64,000 nucleotides of DNA from Promethearchaeia archaeon. GTDB taxonomy: Archaea; Asgardarchaeota; Lokiarchaeia; Sigyniarchaeales; SOKP01. Shown here piece by piece: positions 49,089-59,131 of this stretch; position 1 is the first letter of the stretch; every line of letters starts with the position of its first letter. Where the stretch lies: NCBI GenBank assembly GCA_029856105.1, contig JAHQWH010000015.1, positions 96,001 through 160,000 on the forward strand, written 5' to 3'. The notes under the pieces were generated by a model. It made no database searches. It was not told the DNA's origin and saw only the letters and a program-made list of their open reading frames with translations. The translations under genes were made by a program, and so were the position numbers.

Positions 49089-50240
49089 TTATTTTATCAT
49101 TTCTAAAAATGCTTCAATACGCGTTTGAAGTCTTGTTGTGTCTGCTTGGTAGAATTCGCGATCGAGTTCCAAAACAGGAATCTCCAAATCCTTTAGCCTA
49201 TGTAAATGGAGCATGTTATCACATCCTGCTAGATCACAGTTGTTTATTCTCTGTAAGATAACTCCATCAATATTTGCTCTGTCAATTTCATTTCTTAGAA
49301 AATTAAATCGCCTTTCATAATCATCCATCATTCTAGGGCAAGAAAGTCTGAAATACAAGCGCTTTGATATATTTTTTAATGGGTTATTTCCATTACCTAT
49401 GTGTACATCATCTAAAAAGTTGCGAGTTCCAAAGCATAAAGAATCAGACACTATTAAGGCTCCAGAATCTTCAATTAATCTGGTAAAATCAGTACTATCT
49501 ACTTCACTTCCAACGACCATTATTCTTTTACCATTCGATTTATTTCCTTCAGACTCTTTTAGGAATTTGAGAATTCTTTCTAATTCTTGGTTGGCAAATT
49601 CTTTAGGGATTGAGCTATTTGACATCGAAATTTGTAAGGCTTCGCTTCCCGTAATTTTTGGCGTATCAATAATTCTTAGTTCATGGATTTTTCGCAAAAG
49701 ATCGCGATTCTTATTGTATATTTTTATCGAATTATGTAAATCTTGATCAGTTATAATTTGATGAGTATAGGTTTCTTCTATTTCTTCTTTAAATTCTTCT
49801 ATTTCTTTATGGTACCATTCAAAACCTTCATCTGTTATAATATGAGGCATAGCAATATAAAACCGCGGAACCTTTTTTTCAAAACCTTTTCTTTTAAATA
49901 CTACTAAATCGAAGAGCTCGTACATTCGTCGAGTATGATCGCACGAATTACTTATAAAAAGACCATCTAAGAAATCATAGCCTCCTCTTAAAGCTAAATC
50001 TAGAGTTGCTCTGACAAATGAACATGTAAACCGTACCATATATATATCAGCTAAATCCGTGTCTTTATTTCCAGTTGCTCTAATTCTAAAAGGTAATAAA
50101 TTTGCAGCGTGCAGTAATTCTTCAGGAATGTAAGTACAATAATGACCAACCACCTTTTTATTCTTTTCTTGCCATTCCTTAACGTAAGAGTTCATAATTG
50201 AATTCGATATGTTAAGAAAAGGATCGTTATTTAAACTCAT
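49089..50240 (-). CDS. 2-hydroxyacyl-CoA dehydratase family subunit, beta type
   Basis: GHYCTYIPEE, SCDHTRR, SCPRM, QTRIEAFLE. Confidence 0.85.
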   Translation of the reverse strand: MSLNNDPFLNISNSIMNSYVKEWQEKNKKVVGHYCTYIPEELLHAANLLPFRIRATGNKDTDLADIYMVRFTCSFVRATLDLALRGGYDFLDGLFISNSCDHTRRMYELFDLVVFKRKGFEKKVPRFYIAMPHIITDEGFEWYHKEIEEFKEEIEETYTHQIITDQDLHNSIKIYNKNRDLLRKIHELRIIDTPKITGSEALQISMSNSSIPKEFANQELERILKFLKESEGNKSNGKRIMVVGSEVDSTDFTRLIEDSGALIVSDSLCFGTRNFLDDVHIGNGNNPLKNISKRLYFRLSCPRMMDDYERRFNFLRNEIDRANIDGVILQRINNCDLAGCDNMLHLHRLKDLEIPVLELDREFYQADTTRLQTRIEAFLEMIK

Positions 50241-50740
50241 GGTAATAAATCTCCCTTGCTGTTTTTATAAACTTCATTCTTACCTATCATCAAACACCTT
50301 ACCAGTTTTATGGCAGCTACAAACGACCCTTTTATTTTTATTTTTCTGGGAATTAAATACTTTAGAAGTTTTATTAGTCCAAAGATATTACTTTTAGAGC
50401 GAATAATACTGCTTAGCACGCTAAGTATTTTTTCTTCTTTTACATTTACTATAATTCGTGCAACAGGATTATTAGCTTTCTCCACGCGACAATTAAAATT
50501 CTTTCTATCAGATGTAAGCATAAAAGTAATATATCCGTCTAATTCGACTAAATACATTTCTATTTCTTCACCATCCCATTTCCCTATTTTTTTAAAAGGC
50601 TCGTTGAGGCCAAATAAATCCACCAACATCTTTGCTAATCGAGCGATATTAAGTACTTTTGTTTCTCTAACTAAATTCTCTGCTTTAATATCCCTACTTG
50701 TTTTCTTAAGATTATCAATTTGAGAAATAGTAGCCACCAA
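50237..50740 (-). CDS. SCP2-like protein
   Basis: C-terminal KYLIPRKIKIKGSFVAAIKL; overlaps dehydratase start (ATGA). Confidence 0.55.
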   Translation of the reverse strand: MVATISQIDNLKKTSRDIKAENLVRETKVLNIARLAKMLVDLFGLNEPFKKIGKWDGEEIEMYLVELDGYITFMLTSDRKNFNCRVEKANNPVARIIVNVKEEKILSVLSSIIRSKSNIFGLIKLLKYLIPRKIKIKGSFVAAIKLVRCLMIGKNEVYKNSKGDLLP

Positions 50741-51040
50741 ATTTTAATTATTTGAAGCAATTATATAAAGATCATATTAGTTAGATTAGTTAATAAAGTT
50801 AAAGCTTTTATTAATTAATTGGAGAGTTTTATGCTAATATTCTTATTATACAAGTGTATTTAGAACTTAGACTTTAAAGGGATTAAAGTGGGCAAATTGC
50901 TCTCCTTCTTATAGGAAAAGTTTAATAACATTTTAATTTTCAATATCTTGTATCTATTTTGTTCATAAATAGATTAAATTAAAGCATTCAATGAAATAAT
51001 AAATTAAATAATAAAAAAATTTCAATAATGGTTGAAAGTT

Positions 51041-52963
51041 ATGGGAAAAACTATAACTGAAAAAATCTTAGAACAACACTTGGTTGATGGAAAATCAGAA
51101 CGAGGGTCGGATATTAGTATAAAAATAGATCAGACATTAACACAAGATGCTACTGGTACAATGGCATATTTACAATTTGAAGCGATTGGTATTCCACGCA
51201 TTCAAACAGAACTATCGGTTAGTTATGTAGATCACAATACTTTACAAACTGACTATAAAAATCCTGACGATCATAGATATCTACAAAGTATCGCTGCGAA
51301 ATACGGACTTTATTTTTCTAGACCTGGTAATGGCATATGCCACCAACTTCATTTAGAAAGGTTTGCCCAACCTGGAAAAACTTTACTTGGTTCGGATAGT
51401 CACACTCCAACTGGTGGTGGTGTAGGAATGATAGCGATTGGAGCAGGAGGTCTTGACGTTGCAGCGGCAATGGCAGGTGAGGCTTTTCACTTAAAAATGC
51501 CTAATGTTGTTAACGTACATCTTACCGGGAAACTTCCTGATTTTGTATCTGCTAAAGATGTTATATTGGAAGTCTTAAGACGGATTGGCGTTAAAGGAGC
51601 AGTTAATAAAGTATTAGAATATACCGGATCAGGCATTAAGACTCTAAGTGTACCTGAGCGAGGTACAATAACTAATATGGGAACTGAAACGGGAGCTACA
51701 ACATCAATATTTCCCTCTGATGAAATCACAAAAAAATTCTTGATTGCTCAAGAAAGAGGGAATCAATGGATTCATTTAGAACCAGATGAAGATGCTGTAT
51801 ACGATGAAACTATTGAAATTAATCTAAGTGAGCTTGTTCCTCTTGTGGCTTTACCACATAGCCCAGGAAATGTAAAAACCGTCAAGGAAGTTGAAGGTTT
51901 AAAAGTAGATCAAGTTTGCATAGGGAGTTGTACGAACTCATCTTTAAGAGATCTTAAAATTTCTGCTAACATATTAAAAGGAAAAACTGTCAATGAACAT
52001 TCCGTTTTAACAGTCTCACCTGGGTCTCGTCAAGTTGTTGATCATATGATTAAATCTGGCGAGATGGCATATTTAATTGAAGCGGGAGCAAGAATACTCG
52101 AAAACGCATGTGGTCCTTGTATTGGTATGGGGTTGGCGCCAAAAACCGATGCTGTAACCTTAAGAACTTTTAATAGAAACTTTCTTGGAAGATCTGGCAC
52201 AAAAAGCGCTCAAGCTTACCTCGTAAGCCCCGAAACTGCTGCTGTATCTGCAATTACCGGAAAAATCACAGACCCAAGAACATTTGGAGCATTACCAAAA
52301 ATAGATATGCCTAAAAAGTTTATGGTCAACGACAACATGATTATTCCACCAATGGAAGGCAAAGAATCCATTGAAATAGTTAGAGGGCCGAATATCAAAC
52401 CTCTACCAGAATTCAATCCTCTACCAGACAAATTAGAAGGAGAAGTTCTTCTTAAAGTCGAAGATGATATTACTACCGACCATATAATGCCAGCAGGCGC
52501 TAGAATCTTACCTTTGCGGTCAAACATTCCGGAGATAAGCAAGTTTGTGTTTAACCTTGTTGATCCAACATTTCCAGATAGGTCCTTAGAAAAGCAAGGA
52601 GGCTTTATAGTTGGAGGAGATAACTACGGTCAAGGTTCCAGTAGGGAACACGCTGCCATCGCGCCTAAATATCTTGGACTCAAAGCTGTTATAGTGAAAT
52701 CATTTGCCCGAATCCATCTAGCTAACCTCGTTAATTTCGGGATCGTGCCTTTAACATTTGAAAACAAAGAAGATTACGCTAAAGTTGAACAAGGAGATAA
52801 GTTTGAAATCGATCTAACCACAATAGAATCGGGAAAAGTAGCGTTAAAAAACCTTACTAAAGGTATTGAGATACACTTGACTCATTCTTTAAGCGAAACT
52901 GAGCTTAAAGTTTTAAAAGCGGGAGGAAAACTTCCTTTTATTAAGCAAAAACACATTAATTAG
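51041..52963 (+). CDS. Aconitate hydratase (single-chain aconitase/IPMI superfamily)
   Basis: QDATG, DHN, GICHQ, GSDSHT, IGSCTN, CGPCIG, NRNF, TTDHI, NYGQGSSREHA. Confidence 0.9.
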   Translation: MGKTITEKILEQHLVDGKSERGSDISIKIDQTLTQDATGTMAYLQFEAIGIPRIQTELSVSYVDHNTLQTDYKNPDDHRYLQSIAAKYGLYFSRPGNGICHQLHLERFAQPGKTLLGSDSHTPTGGGVGMIAIGAGGLDVAAAMAGEAFHLKMPNVVNVHLTGKLPDFVSAKDVILEVLRRIGVKGAVNKVLEYTGSGIKTLSVPERGTITNMGTETGATTSIFPSDEITKKFLIAQERGNQWIHLEPDEDAVYDETIEINLSELVPLVALPHSPGNVKTVKEVEGLKVDQVCIGSCTNSSLRDLKISANILKGKTVNEHSVLTVSPGSRQVVDHMIKSGEMAYLIEAGARILENACGPCIGMGLAPKTDAVTLRTFNRNFLGRSGTKSAQAYLVSPETAAVSAITGKITDPRTFGALPKIDMPKKFMVNDNMIIPPMEGKESIEIVRGPNIKPLPEFNPLPDKLEGEVLLKVEDDITTDHIMPAGARILPLRSNIPEISKFVFNLVDPTFPDRSLEKQGGFIVGGDNYGQGSSREHAAIAPKYLGLKAVIVKSFARIHLANLVNFGIVPLTFENKEDYAKVEQGDKFEIDLTTIESGKVALKNLTKGIEIHLTHSLSETELKVLKAGGKLPFIKQKHIN

Positions 52964-53007
52964 ATTAATTTATTTTTTTTAATTATTAATTTTTTTTAGG
53001 TATTATT

Positions 53008-53670
53008 ATGAATAACATTGAAGACGAATATCATAAAATAATTGAATTTTATCCTAATGCAATTATTGAGAAAGAGTGTATTTCTCAAGTAAAAATTCCA
53101 TTAAAAAATAAATTCTTTTTGAAAATCAACTTTAAAAATTACCCAAAAAAACCAAGTATTAATTTAATTAGTGAAGATGACCGCATTTATCGAAAAGTTG
53201 ACAAAATTATCCCCTTATTAAATAGATGGGAAAAAAAAAATCCTCCTTCTATCGTTGATCTCATTAATGAAATTTTAGCTTTCATTAATAGTTTGGAATC
53301 TAAAGAAATAAAAATTAGAAAAGAATTACTAAATGGAATTATCGCGTTATGTAAAAATCAACATCCGAGAGAAATATTAGGACTTCTAAGAATCATTAAT
53401 GGAATCGCGATAGAATATATTTTACCTCCAGGAGCAATTACATCTAAGAGTTCTGGGCTTTTTGTTCCTAGTAGATTGGGTTTTGATTCAACTCTCAATG
53501 GATCTATTCATTCACATCCTTCTGGAAATCCTAACCCTTCAATTGTTGATATTAATAATGTTTTTAAGACAAAAAAATTCAATTTTATTGTCGCTTATCC
53601 GTATAATTTGAGCAGTATAAAATGCTTTAATAATCAAGGACGAGAGATTGAGTTCAGAATACTAAATTAA
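53008..53670 (+). CDS. UBC/UEV-like domain fused to JAB1/MPN+ (JAMM) metalloprotease
   Basis: C-half REILG...HSHPSGNPNPSIVD (complete JAMM motif); N-half INFKNYPKKP...LNRW...SIVDLINEI. Confidence 0.75.
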   Translation: MNNIEDEYHKIIEFYPNAIIEKECISQVKIPLKNKFFLKINFKNYPKKPSINLISEDDRIYRKVDKIIPLLNRWEKKNPPSIVDLINEILAFINSLESKEIKIRKELLNGIIALCKNQHPREILGLLRIINGIAIEYILPPGAITSKSSGLFVPSRLGFDSTLNGSIHSHPSGNPNPSIVDINNVFKTKKFNFIVAYPYNLSSIKCFNNQGREIEFRILN

Positions 53671-53825
53671 AAAAATATTCATTTATGTAAATAATTGGTA
53701 AATTAGAATAATTTTTAATCGCAAAATTGCTTCTATAAAATAATAACTTGTAATTGTTAATTAACAATTATAGAAGTTAAAATATGATTGTAGTTGTTTT
53801 TAATACATAAAGTTTGGTGAATTGT

Positions 53826-55667
53826 ATGGAAGAGAAACAGAATAGTTTAAACATTAATCCTTTTCGCTTTAAAGATGTTCCTCTAAGAGATTCTAAATAT
53901 CTGGAATATGAAAAAAGTTCTCAATATCTTACTATGAGAGATGGTGTGAAGATCGCCATCGAATTAGTTTTACCGAAAAATTTATCTCCAGAAGATAAGA
54001 TTTCCATTATTTTATTGCAAACACGATATTGGAGAAATTATACGTTTAGAATACCGTTTAGATGGTTCATGAAAGAAGTTGCTGATACAAAAAGAATGCA
54101 TCAAATGGGAACAAGTCGCGGTTATGGATTTGTGTACGTTGATGTGCGGGGTACAGGAGCTTCGTTTGGTTCTAGACCTTACCCCTGGTTCGACGAAGAA
54201 GTGAAGGACGGTCGAGAAATTATTGATTGGATCGTTAGTCAGCAGTGGTCCAATGGAAATATTGTTACAATGGGGGGATCGTATTTGGGCGGAACAGCGG
54301 AGTATGTAGCGACCTTAAATCATCCTGCTGTGAAAGGAATATCTCCTTTTAGTAATCAATGGGATAATTACACAGAAGTAGCATACCCAGGTGGGGCGTA
54401 TAACCATTTTTTTATTAGAATGTGGGGATTATTGGGTAGAGCATTAGACATGAATAATAGTAGAAAATTCCTCAGCATTTTACCATTAATGTTTTTTCTT
54501 GTTAAAGGCGTTAAACCTGTCGATTCAGATAAAGAAAAGCTCCTTTTAAAGGAAGCTATAAAACAACATTCTTCGAATTTATATGTATTTGAAAATGAGG
54601 ATGTTGTCGTCTATCGAGACGATCATTTAATTAAGCAAAAGGAGGATACAGTTGACACAGTTAGCGTTTGCATGAAAAAAGATCAAATAGAAGAATCGAA
54701 TGTCCCATTTTTTTGTTTGGCAGGATGGTTTGACGGCGCAGCTTCAGATAATATAATTAACCGATTTATGACCTATAAGAACCCAATGAGAGCAGTTATT
54801 GGTGATTGGGATCACGGAGCTAATCGAAGGGCAAACCCTTATTTTCATAAAGACTATAAAGTTATTCCAGAAAAAGAATCGCAACAGAATGCGTGGCTCG
54901 ATTTTTTTGACTTATGCATTTACGGAAAACAGCCATTCTCAGAAAAAGCTCTTTATTATTATACTATGGGAGAGGAAAAATGGAAGACGACAGAAATTTG
55001 GCCTCCACTTGGCCAATCCATGCAAAGATGGTATTTTTCAGATAATAATTCAATGTCTCTGTCTAAACCTCAAAATGAAGAAGGAGAAGATAAATATAGC
55101 GTTGATTTTGAGATGACTTCAGGAAAGGGAAATCGTTGGCATACTCATTATGCACAAAAAATGTTTTACGATAAAAGAGAGAAAGTTGACCAAAAATTAT
55201 TGATATATGATAGTCCACCTATAGAAAAAGATACGGAGATCACGGGATATCCAATTATCACCCTTTATTTAGCATCTACTCACGAAGATGGGGTGATCTT
55301 TGTTTATTTAGAGGATTTGGACGAAAATGGAAAAGTGATGTTTGTTACTGACGGTGAACTGCGCTTTATTCATCGTAAAGTTTCTTCAGAGGAGCCTCCG
55401 TATAAAATCATGGTGCCATATCATTCCTTCAAGCGCAAAGATTCGCTCCCTCTTATACCTAGTGAAGTTGCGGAAATAACTTTTGGACTCTTACCAACTT
55501 CTGTATTAATCCGCAAAGGTCACAAACTCAGGATTGTTATTGCAGGTGCAGATAAAGATACATTTAGGCGTTACCCTGACGAAGGCACGCCTACTATAAC
55601 AATTAAAAGAGAGAACGCTCACGCATCATTTATTGACATTCCCGTTATTGCAAATGAAAACAAATAA
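53826..55667 (+). CDS. CocE/NonD family hydrolase (Xaa-Pro dipeptidyl-peptidase-like)
   Basis: MRDGVKIA, DVRGTGASFG, GGSYLG nucleophile, GWFD, GDWDH. Confidence 0.92.
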   Translation: MEEKQNSLNINPFRFKDVPLRDSKYLEYEKSSQYLTMRDGVKIAIELVLPKNLSPEDKISIILLQTRYWRNYTFRIPFRWFMKEVADTKRMHQMGTSRGYGFVYVDVRGTGASFGSRPYPWFDEEVKDGREIIDWIVSQQWSNGNIVTMGGSYLGGTAEYVATLNHPAVKGISPFSNQWDNYTEVAYPGGAYNHFFIRMWGLLGRALDMNNSRKFLSILPLMFFLVKGVKPVDSDKEKLLLKEAIKQHSSNLYVFENEDVVVYRDDHLIKQKEDTVDTVSVCMKKDQIEESNVPFFCLAGWFDGAASDNIINRFMTYKNPMRAVIGDWDHGANRRANPYFHKDYKVIPEKESQQNAWLDFFDLCIYGKQPFSEKALYYYTMGEEKWKTTEIWPPLGQSMQRWYFSDNNSMSLSKPQNEEGEDKYSVDFEMTSGKGNRWHTHYAQKMFYDKREKVDQKLLIYDSPPIEKDTEITGYPIITLYLASTHEDGVIFVYLEDLDENGKVMFVTDGELRFIHRKVSSEEPPYKIMVPYHSFKRKDSLPLIPSEVAEITFGLLPTSVLIRKGHKLRIVIAGADKDTFRRYPDEGTPTITIKRENAHASFIDIPVIANENK

Positions 55668-55845
55668 AATTAAATCCTATTATTTTACCACTTACGCCTT
55701 AAAATATAGCTAAACAAAAATTTATCGTTGATGAAAAAACAAGTCAAATCGATATTATTTCCATAAAATAATTAGACAAACTAATAAGAAGAAAGCAATT
55801 TAATTATGCAATTGTTAATATAATTTAATTAGAAGAGGTTAAAAT

Positions 55846-56430
55846 ATGAAAGTAGTTGTGTTTAATGGAAGTCCTAGGCGCGAAGGTGTTACAACTAAGT
55901 GCTTAAATATTGTAATGGACGAATTAAAAGCCACTGGAATTGAAGTTGAATATGTTTGGATTGGTATAGATAAAATCCAAGGTTGTCTCTCGTGTTATAA
56001 ATGCGCCAAGAACAAAGATAAAAGATGTAGCGTCAAAACTGATAAATTAAACGAATACTTAGAAAAGATGCTTAATGCGGATGGTATAATATTAGGGTCA
56101 CCGACATATTTTGCAGATACTGCGACTCGAATGAAAGCGCTTATCGAAAGAGCTGGGCTTGTAAGTAAAGTGAACGGAGATTTATTAAAACATAAAGTAG
56201 GCGCGGCTGTGGTGTCAGTAAGGCGAGCAGGAGCCGCTCATGTTTTTTCTAGTATAAATTATTTTTTTCTAATTAACCAAATGTTTGTAGTTGGTTCAAG
56301 CTATTGGAATTTAGGCGTTAATCCAAATACTACAGATCCAGAAATGATTAAGGAAGACGAAGAAGGTATAGCTACTTTTCAAAATTTAGGTAAAAACATG
56401 GCTTATCTACTCCAAAAACTTAACACCTAA
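55846..56430 (+). CDS. Iron-sulfur flavoprotein / NADPH-dependent FMN reductase family
   Basis: NGSPR, CLSCYKC...C, GSPTYF. Confidence 0.88.
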   Translation: MKVVVFNGSPRREGVTTKCLNIVMDELKATGIEVEYVWIGIDKIQGCLSCYKCAKNKDKRCSVKTDKLNEYLEKMLNADGIILGSPTYFADTATRMKALIERAGLVSKVNGDLLKHKVGAAVVSVRRAGAAHVFSSINYFFLINQMFVVGSSYWNLGVNPNTTDPEMIKEDEEGIATFQNLGKNMAYLLQKLNT

Positions 56431-56577
56431 TCTATTTTTTTTTTTAGAGCGATCTTTTGTTTAATAAAAAAATACTTTTTAAACCAATATTTATTGTATT
56501 TATATTAGTGTTTTTAAATTATTTATTTTAAAAAGCATCGATATTAGTAAAGCATAAAGCGCTTGAAGGAATCTAAA

Positions 56578-58938
56578 ATGAATGAGCGAATAAAAAAACT
56601 ACGAACACAAAGTCGTAGAGCAATTCCGTATCTTTCATTGGAGCGTGCTTTATTAATAACAGAATTTTATAAGAATGGAGCAGCTCATAAATATTCTGCT
56701 CCAGTTGCTAGAGCTAAAGCATTTGAATATATCCTAAAAAATAAGGAAATTTGTTTTAATGACAATGAGCTTATTGTTGGAGAACGCGGTCCGGAGCCAA
56801 AAGCGACTCCTTCTTACCCAGAAGTTTGCTGTCATACGCTAAATGATTTAGAGATATTAGATTCTCGTGAAAAAATATCTTTTAAAGTGCAAGACGAAGT
56901 GTGGCGAAAATCTAAAGATATCGTCATTCCATTTTGGAAAGGAAAAACAATCAGAGAGAAGATCTTTTCTCAAGTCGACCAAGAGTGGATAGATGCCTAT
57001 TCAGCGGGGATTTACACAGAGTTCATGGAACAGAGAGCTCCTGGACATACTGTAGCTGGAAAGAATATTTGGAACATGGGCTTTATGGATTTTAAAAAAC
57101 GAATTCAAATTTCAATCGAGAACTTAGATTTTTACAACGATCCTGATGCGTTTGCTAAAAGAGAGCAATTAAAGGCCATGGATATAGCAGCTAATAGTAT
57201 AATAGCCTATGCTAAGAGACATACTAAAAAGGCTTTAAAATTAGCCGAAAACGAATCTGATCCAATTAAAAAAAAAGAATTAGAAAAAATCGCTGAGATT
57301 TGTTCTCGCGTTCCAGCTCAAGCTCCAAAAACTTTCTGGGAAGCTTTGCAGCATTACTGGTTCATTCATTTAGGCGTTATTACAGAATATAATACCTGGG
57401 ATGCCTTTAATCCCGGACGGCTTGATCAACATTTATACTCTTTTTACAAGAAAGATATATCTGATGGCATTTTGACAAAAGAAGGAGCCGTCGAACTACT
57501 CCAAGCTTTTTGGATTAAATTTAACAACCAACCAGCACCTCCAAAAGTGGGAGTAACTGCCGAAGAAAGCGGTACTTATACAGATTTTTGCAATATTAAT
57601 CTAGGAGGGTTAAAAGAAGATGGTTCTAACGGAGTAAATGAACTTTCTTACGTACTTTTAGATGTAATTGAAGATCTGAGAATACTACAGCCTAGTAGTA
57701 ATGTTCAAATAAGTGAAAAAACTCCAGACGATTTTATTAGAAGAGCCCTTAAGATTATTAAAACAGGTTTTGGTCAACCCTCGGTTTTTAATGCAGACGC
57801 CATTATCCAAGAACTTACGCACCAAGGAAAATCGTTAGTAGATGCTCGAAACGGTGGTGCGAGTGGATGCGTTGAAACGGGAGCTTTTGGAAAAGAAGCA
57901 TACATATTAACAGGATACTTTAATCTTGTGAAAATTCTTGAAGTTACTTTACATAATGGAAATGATCCTTTAACGAGTAAACAAGTTGGATTAAAGACGG
58001 GAGACGCTACCTCTTTTAGAACTTTTGATGAGTTATTAGAAGCGTATACAAAACAAATTAAGCATTTTGTTGACATTAAAATAAAAGGTAATCTAATAAT
58101 AGAGCGGATTTGGGCGCAAAATCCTTCCCCATTTTTATCAATTATTATTGACGATTGCATCATAAATGGAAAAGATTATAACGATGGCGGAGCAAAATAC
58201 AATACATCCTATATTCAAATTGTTGGCATGGGAAGTATAACTGACTGCTTAACCTCTCTAAAATATAATATCTATGACAATAATATTTATACTATGGAGC
58301 AGATGCTCGAAGTGCTTAAAAAAAACTTCGAAGGTTTTGAGGAAATAAGACAAAAACTGATTTATAGAACGCCTAAATATGGGAATGATAAAGATTACGC
58401 CGATCTTATCACCCAACAAATTTTCGAGATTGTTTATAATGCCATTGATGGTCGTCCAAATACTAGAGGAGGAGTCCATAGAATAAATCTACTTCCTACG
58501 ACTGTCCACATCTATTTTGGAATGGTAACTGGTGCCACGCCAGATGGTAGAAAGGCGTTTACACCTTTATCTGAAGGAATTTCCCCAGTCCAAGGGATGG
58601 ATATTAATGGTCCAACCTCAGTAATAAAGTCCGCTGGCAAAATTGACCATCTTCGAACTGGAGGGTCTTTATTAAATCAAAAATTTTCTCCCAAATTCTT
58701 TTCAAGTGAATCAGGAATTAATAATATAGCCCATCTGATACGCTCTTATTTTAAAATGGGGGGTCATCATATTCAGTTTAACGTAGTCTCGGCAAATACC
58801 TTGCGTGCTGCTCAAGAAGATCCAATAAAATATCGTAATCTAATTGTACGCGTTGCTGGTTATAGCGATTATTATATAAACTTAGGAAAAGATTTACAGG
58901 AAGAGATTATTAGAAGAACAGAACATTTTTCTATTTAG
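56578..58938 (+). CDS. hypD: Glycyl radical enzyme, trans-4-hydroxy-L-proline dehydratase
   Basis: TEFMEQRAPGHT, WDAFNPGRLDQHL, KFNNQPAPPKVG, TYTDF, SGCVE, RVAGY. Confidence 0.88.
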   Translation: MNERIKKLRTQSRRAIPYLSLERALLITEFYKNGAAHKYSAPVARAKAFEYILKNKEICFNDNELIVGERGPEPKATPSYPEVCCHTLNDLEILDSREKISFKVQDEVWRKSKDIVIPFWKGKTIREKIFSQVDQEWIDAYSAGIYTEFMEQRAPGHTVAGKNIWNMGFMDFKKRIQISIENLDFYNDPDAFAKREQLKAMDIAANSIIAYAKRHTKKALKLAENESDPIKKKELEKIAEICSRVPAQAPKTFWEALQHYWFIHLGVITEYNTWDAFNPGRLDQHLYSFYKKDISDGILTKEGAVELLQAFWIKFNNQPAPPKVGVTAEESGTYTDFCNINLGGLKEDGSNGVNELSYVLLDVIEDLRILQPSSNVQISEKTPDDFIRRALKIIKTGFGQPSVFNADAIIQELTHQGKSLVDARNGGASGCVETGAFGKEAYILTGYFNLVKILEVTLHNGNDPLTSKQVGLKTGDATSFRTFDELLEAYTKQIKHFVDIKIKGNLIIERIWAQNPSPFLSIIIDDCIINGKDYNDGGAKYNTSYIQIVGMGSITDCLTSLKYNIYDNNIYTMEQMLEVLKKNFEGFEEIRQKLIYRTPKYGNDKDYADLITQQIFEIVYNAIDGRPNTRGGVHRINLLPTTVHIYFGMVTGATPDGRKAFTPLSEGISPVQGMDINGPTSVIKSAGKIDHLRTGGSLLNQKFSPKFFSSESGINNIAHLIRSYFKMGGHHIQFNVVSANTLRAAQEDPIKYRNLIVRVAGYSDYYINLGKDLQEEIIRRTEHFSI

Positions 58939-58968
58939 ACCTAAAACTAAATATGATTTAATGGTTTA

Positions 58969-58994
58969 TTTGTTTGTTTGTTTGTTTGTTTGTT
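58969..58994 (+). repeat. (TTTG)6 microsatellite
   Basis: Six perfect TTTG units downstream of hypD. Confidence 0.85.
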
Positions 58995-59022
58995 AGTTTT
59001 AAATTTGAAATCATAAAACTAG

Positions 59023-59082
59023 AAGGATGGGAAAGTTAGAATTAAATATGATACAGAAATCTACTATGGTCAATTAACCTAG
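59023..59082 (+). pseudogene. Orphan gene 3' end, resembling a class I SAM-methyltransferase C-terminus
   Basis: KDGKVRIKYDTEIYYGQLT* preceded by in-frame stops. Confidence 0.4.
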
Positions 59083-59131
59083 GAATTGCAGAAAAAAAAA
59101 AGAACCAAAAAAAATTAAATTAAAGAACTCT

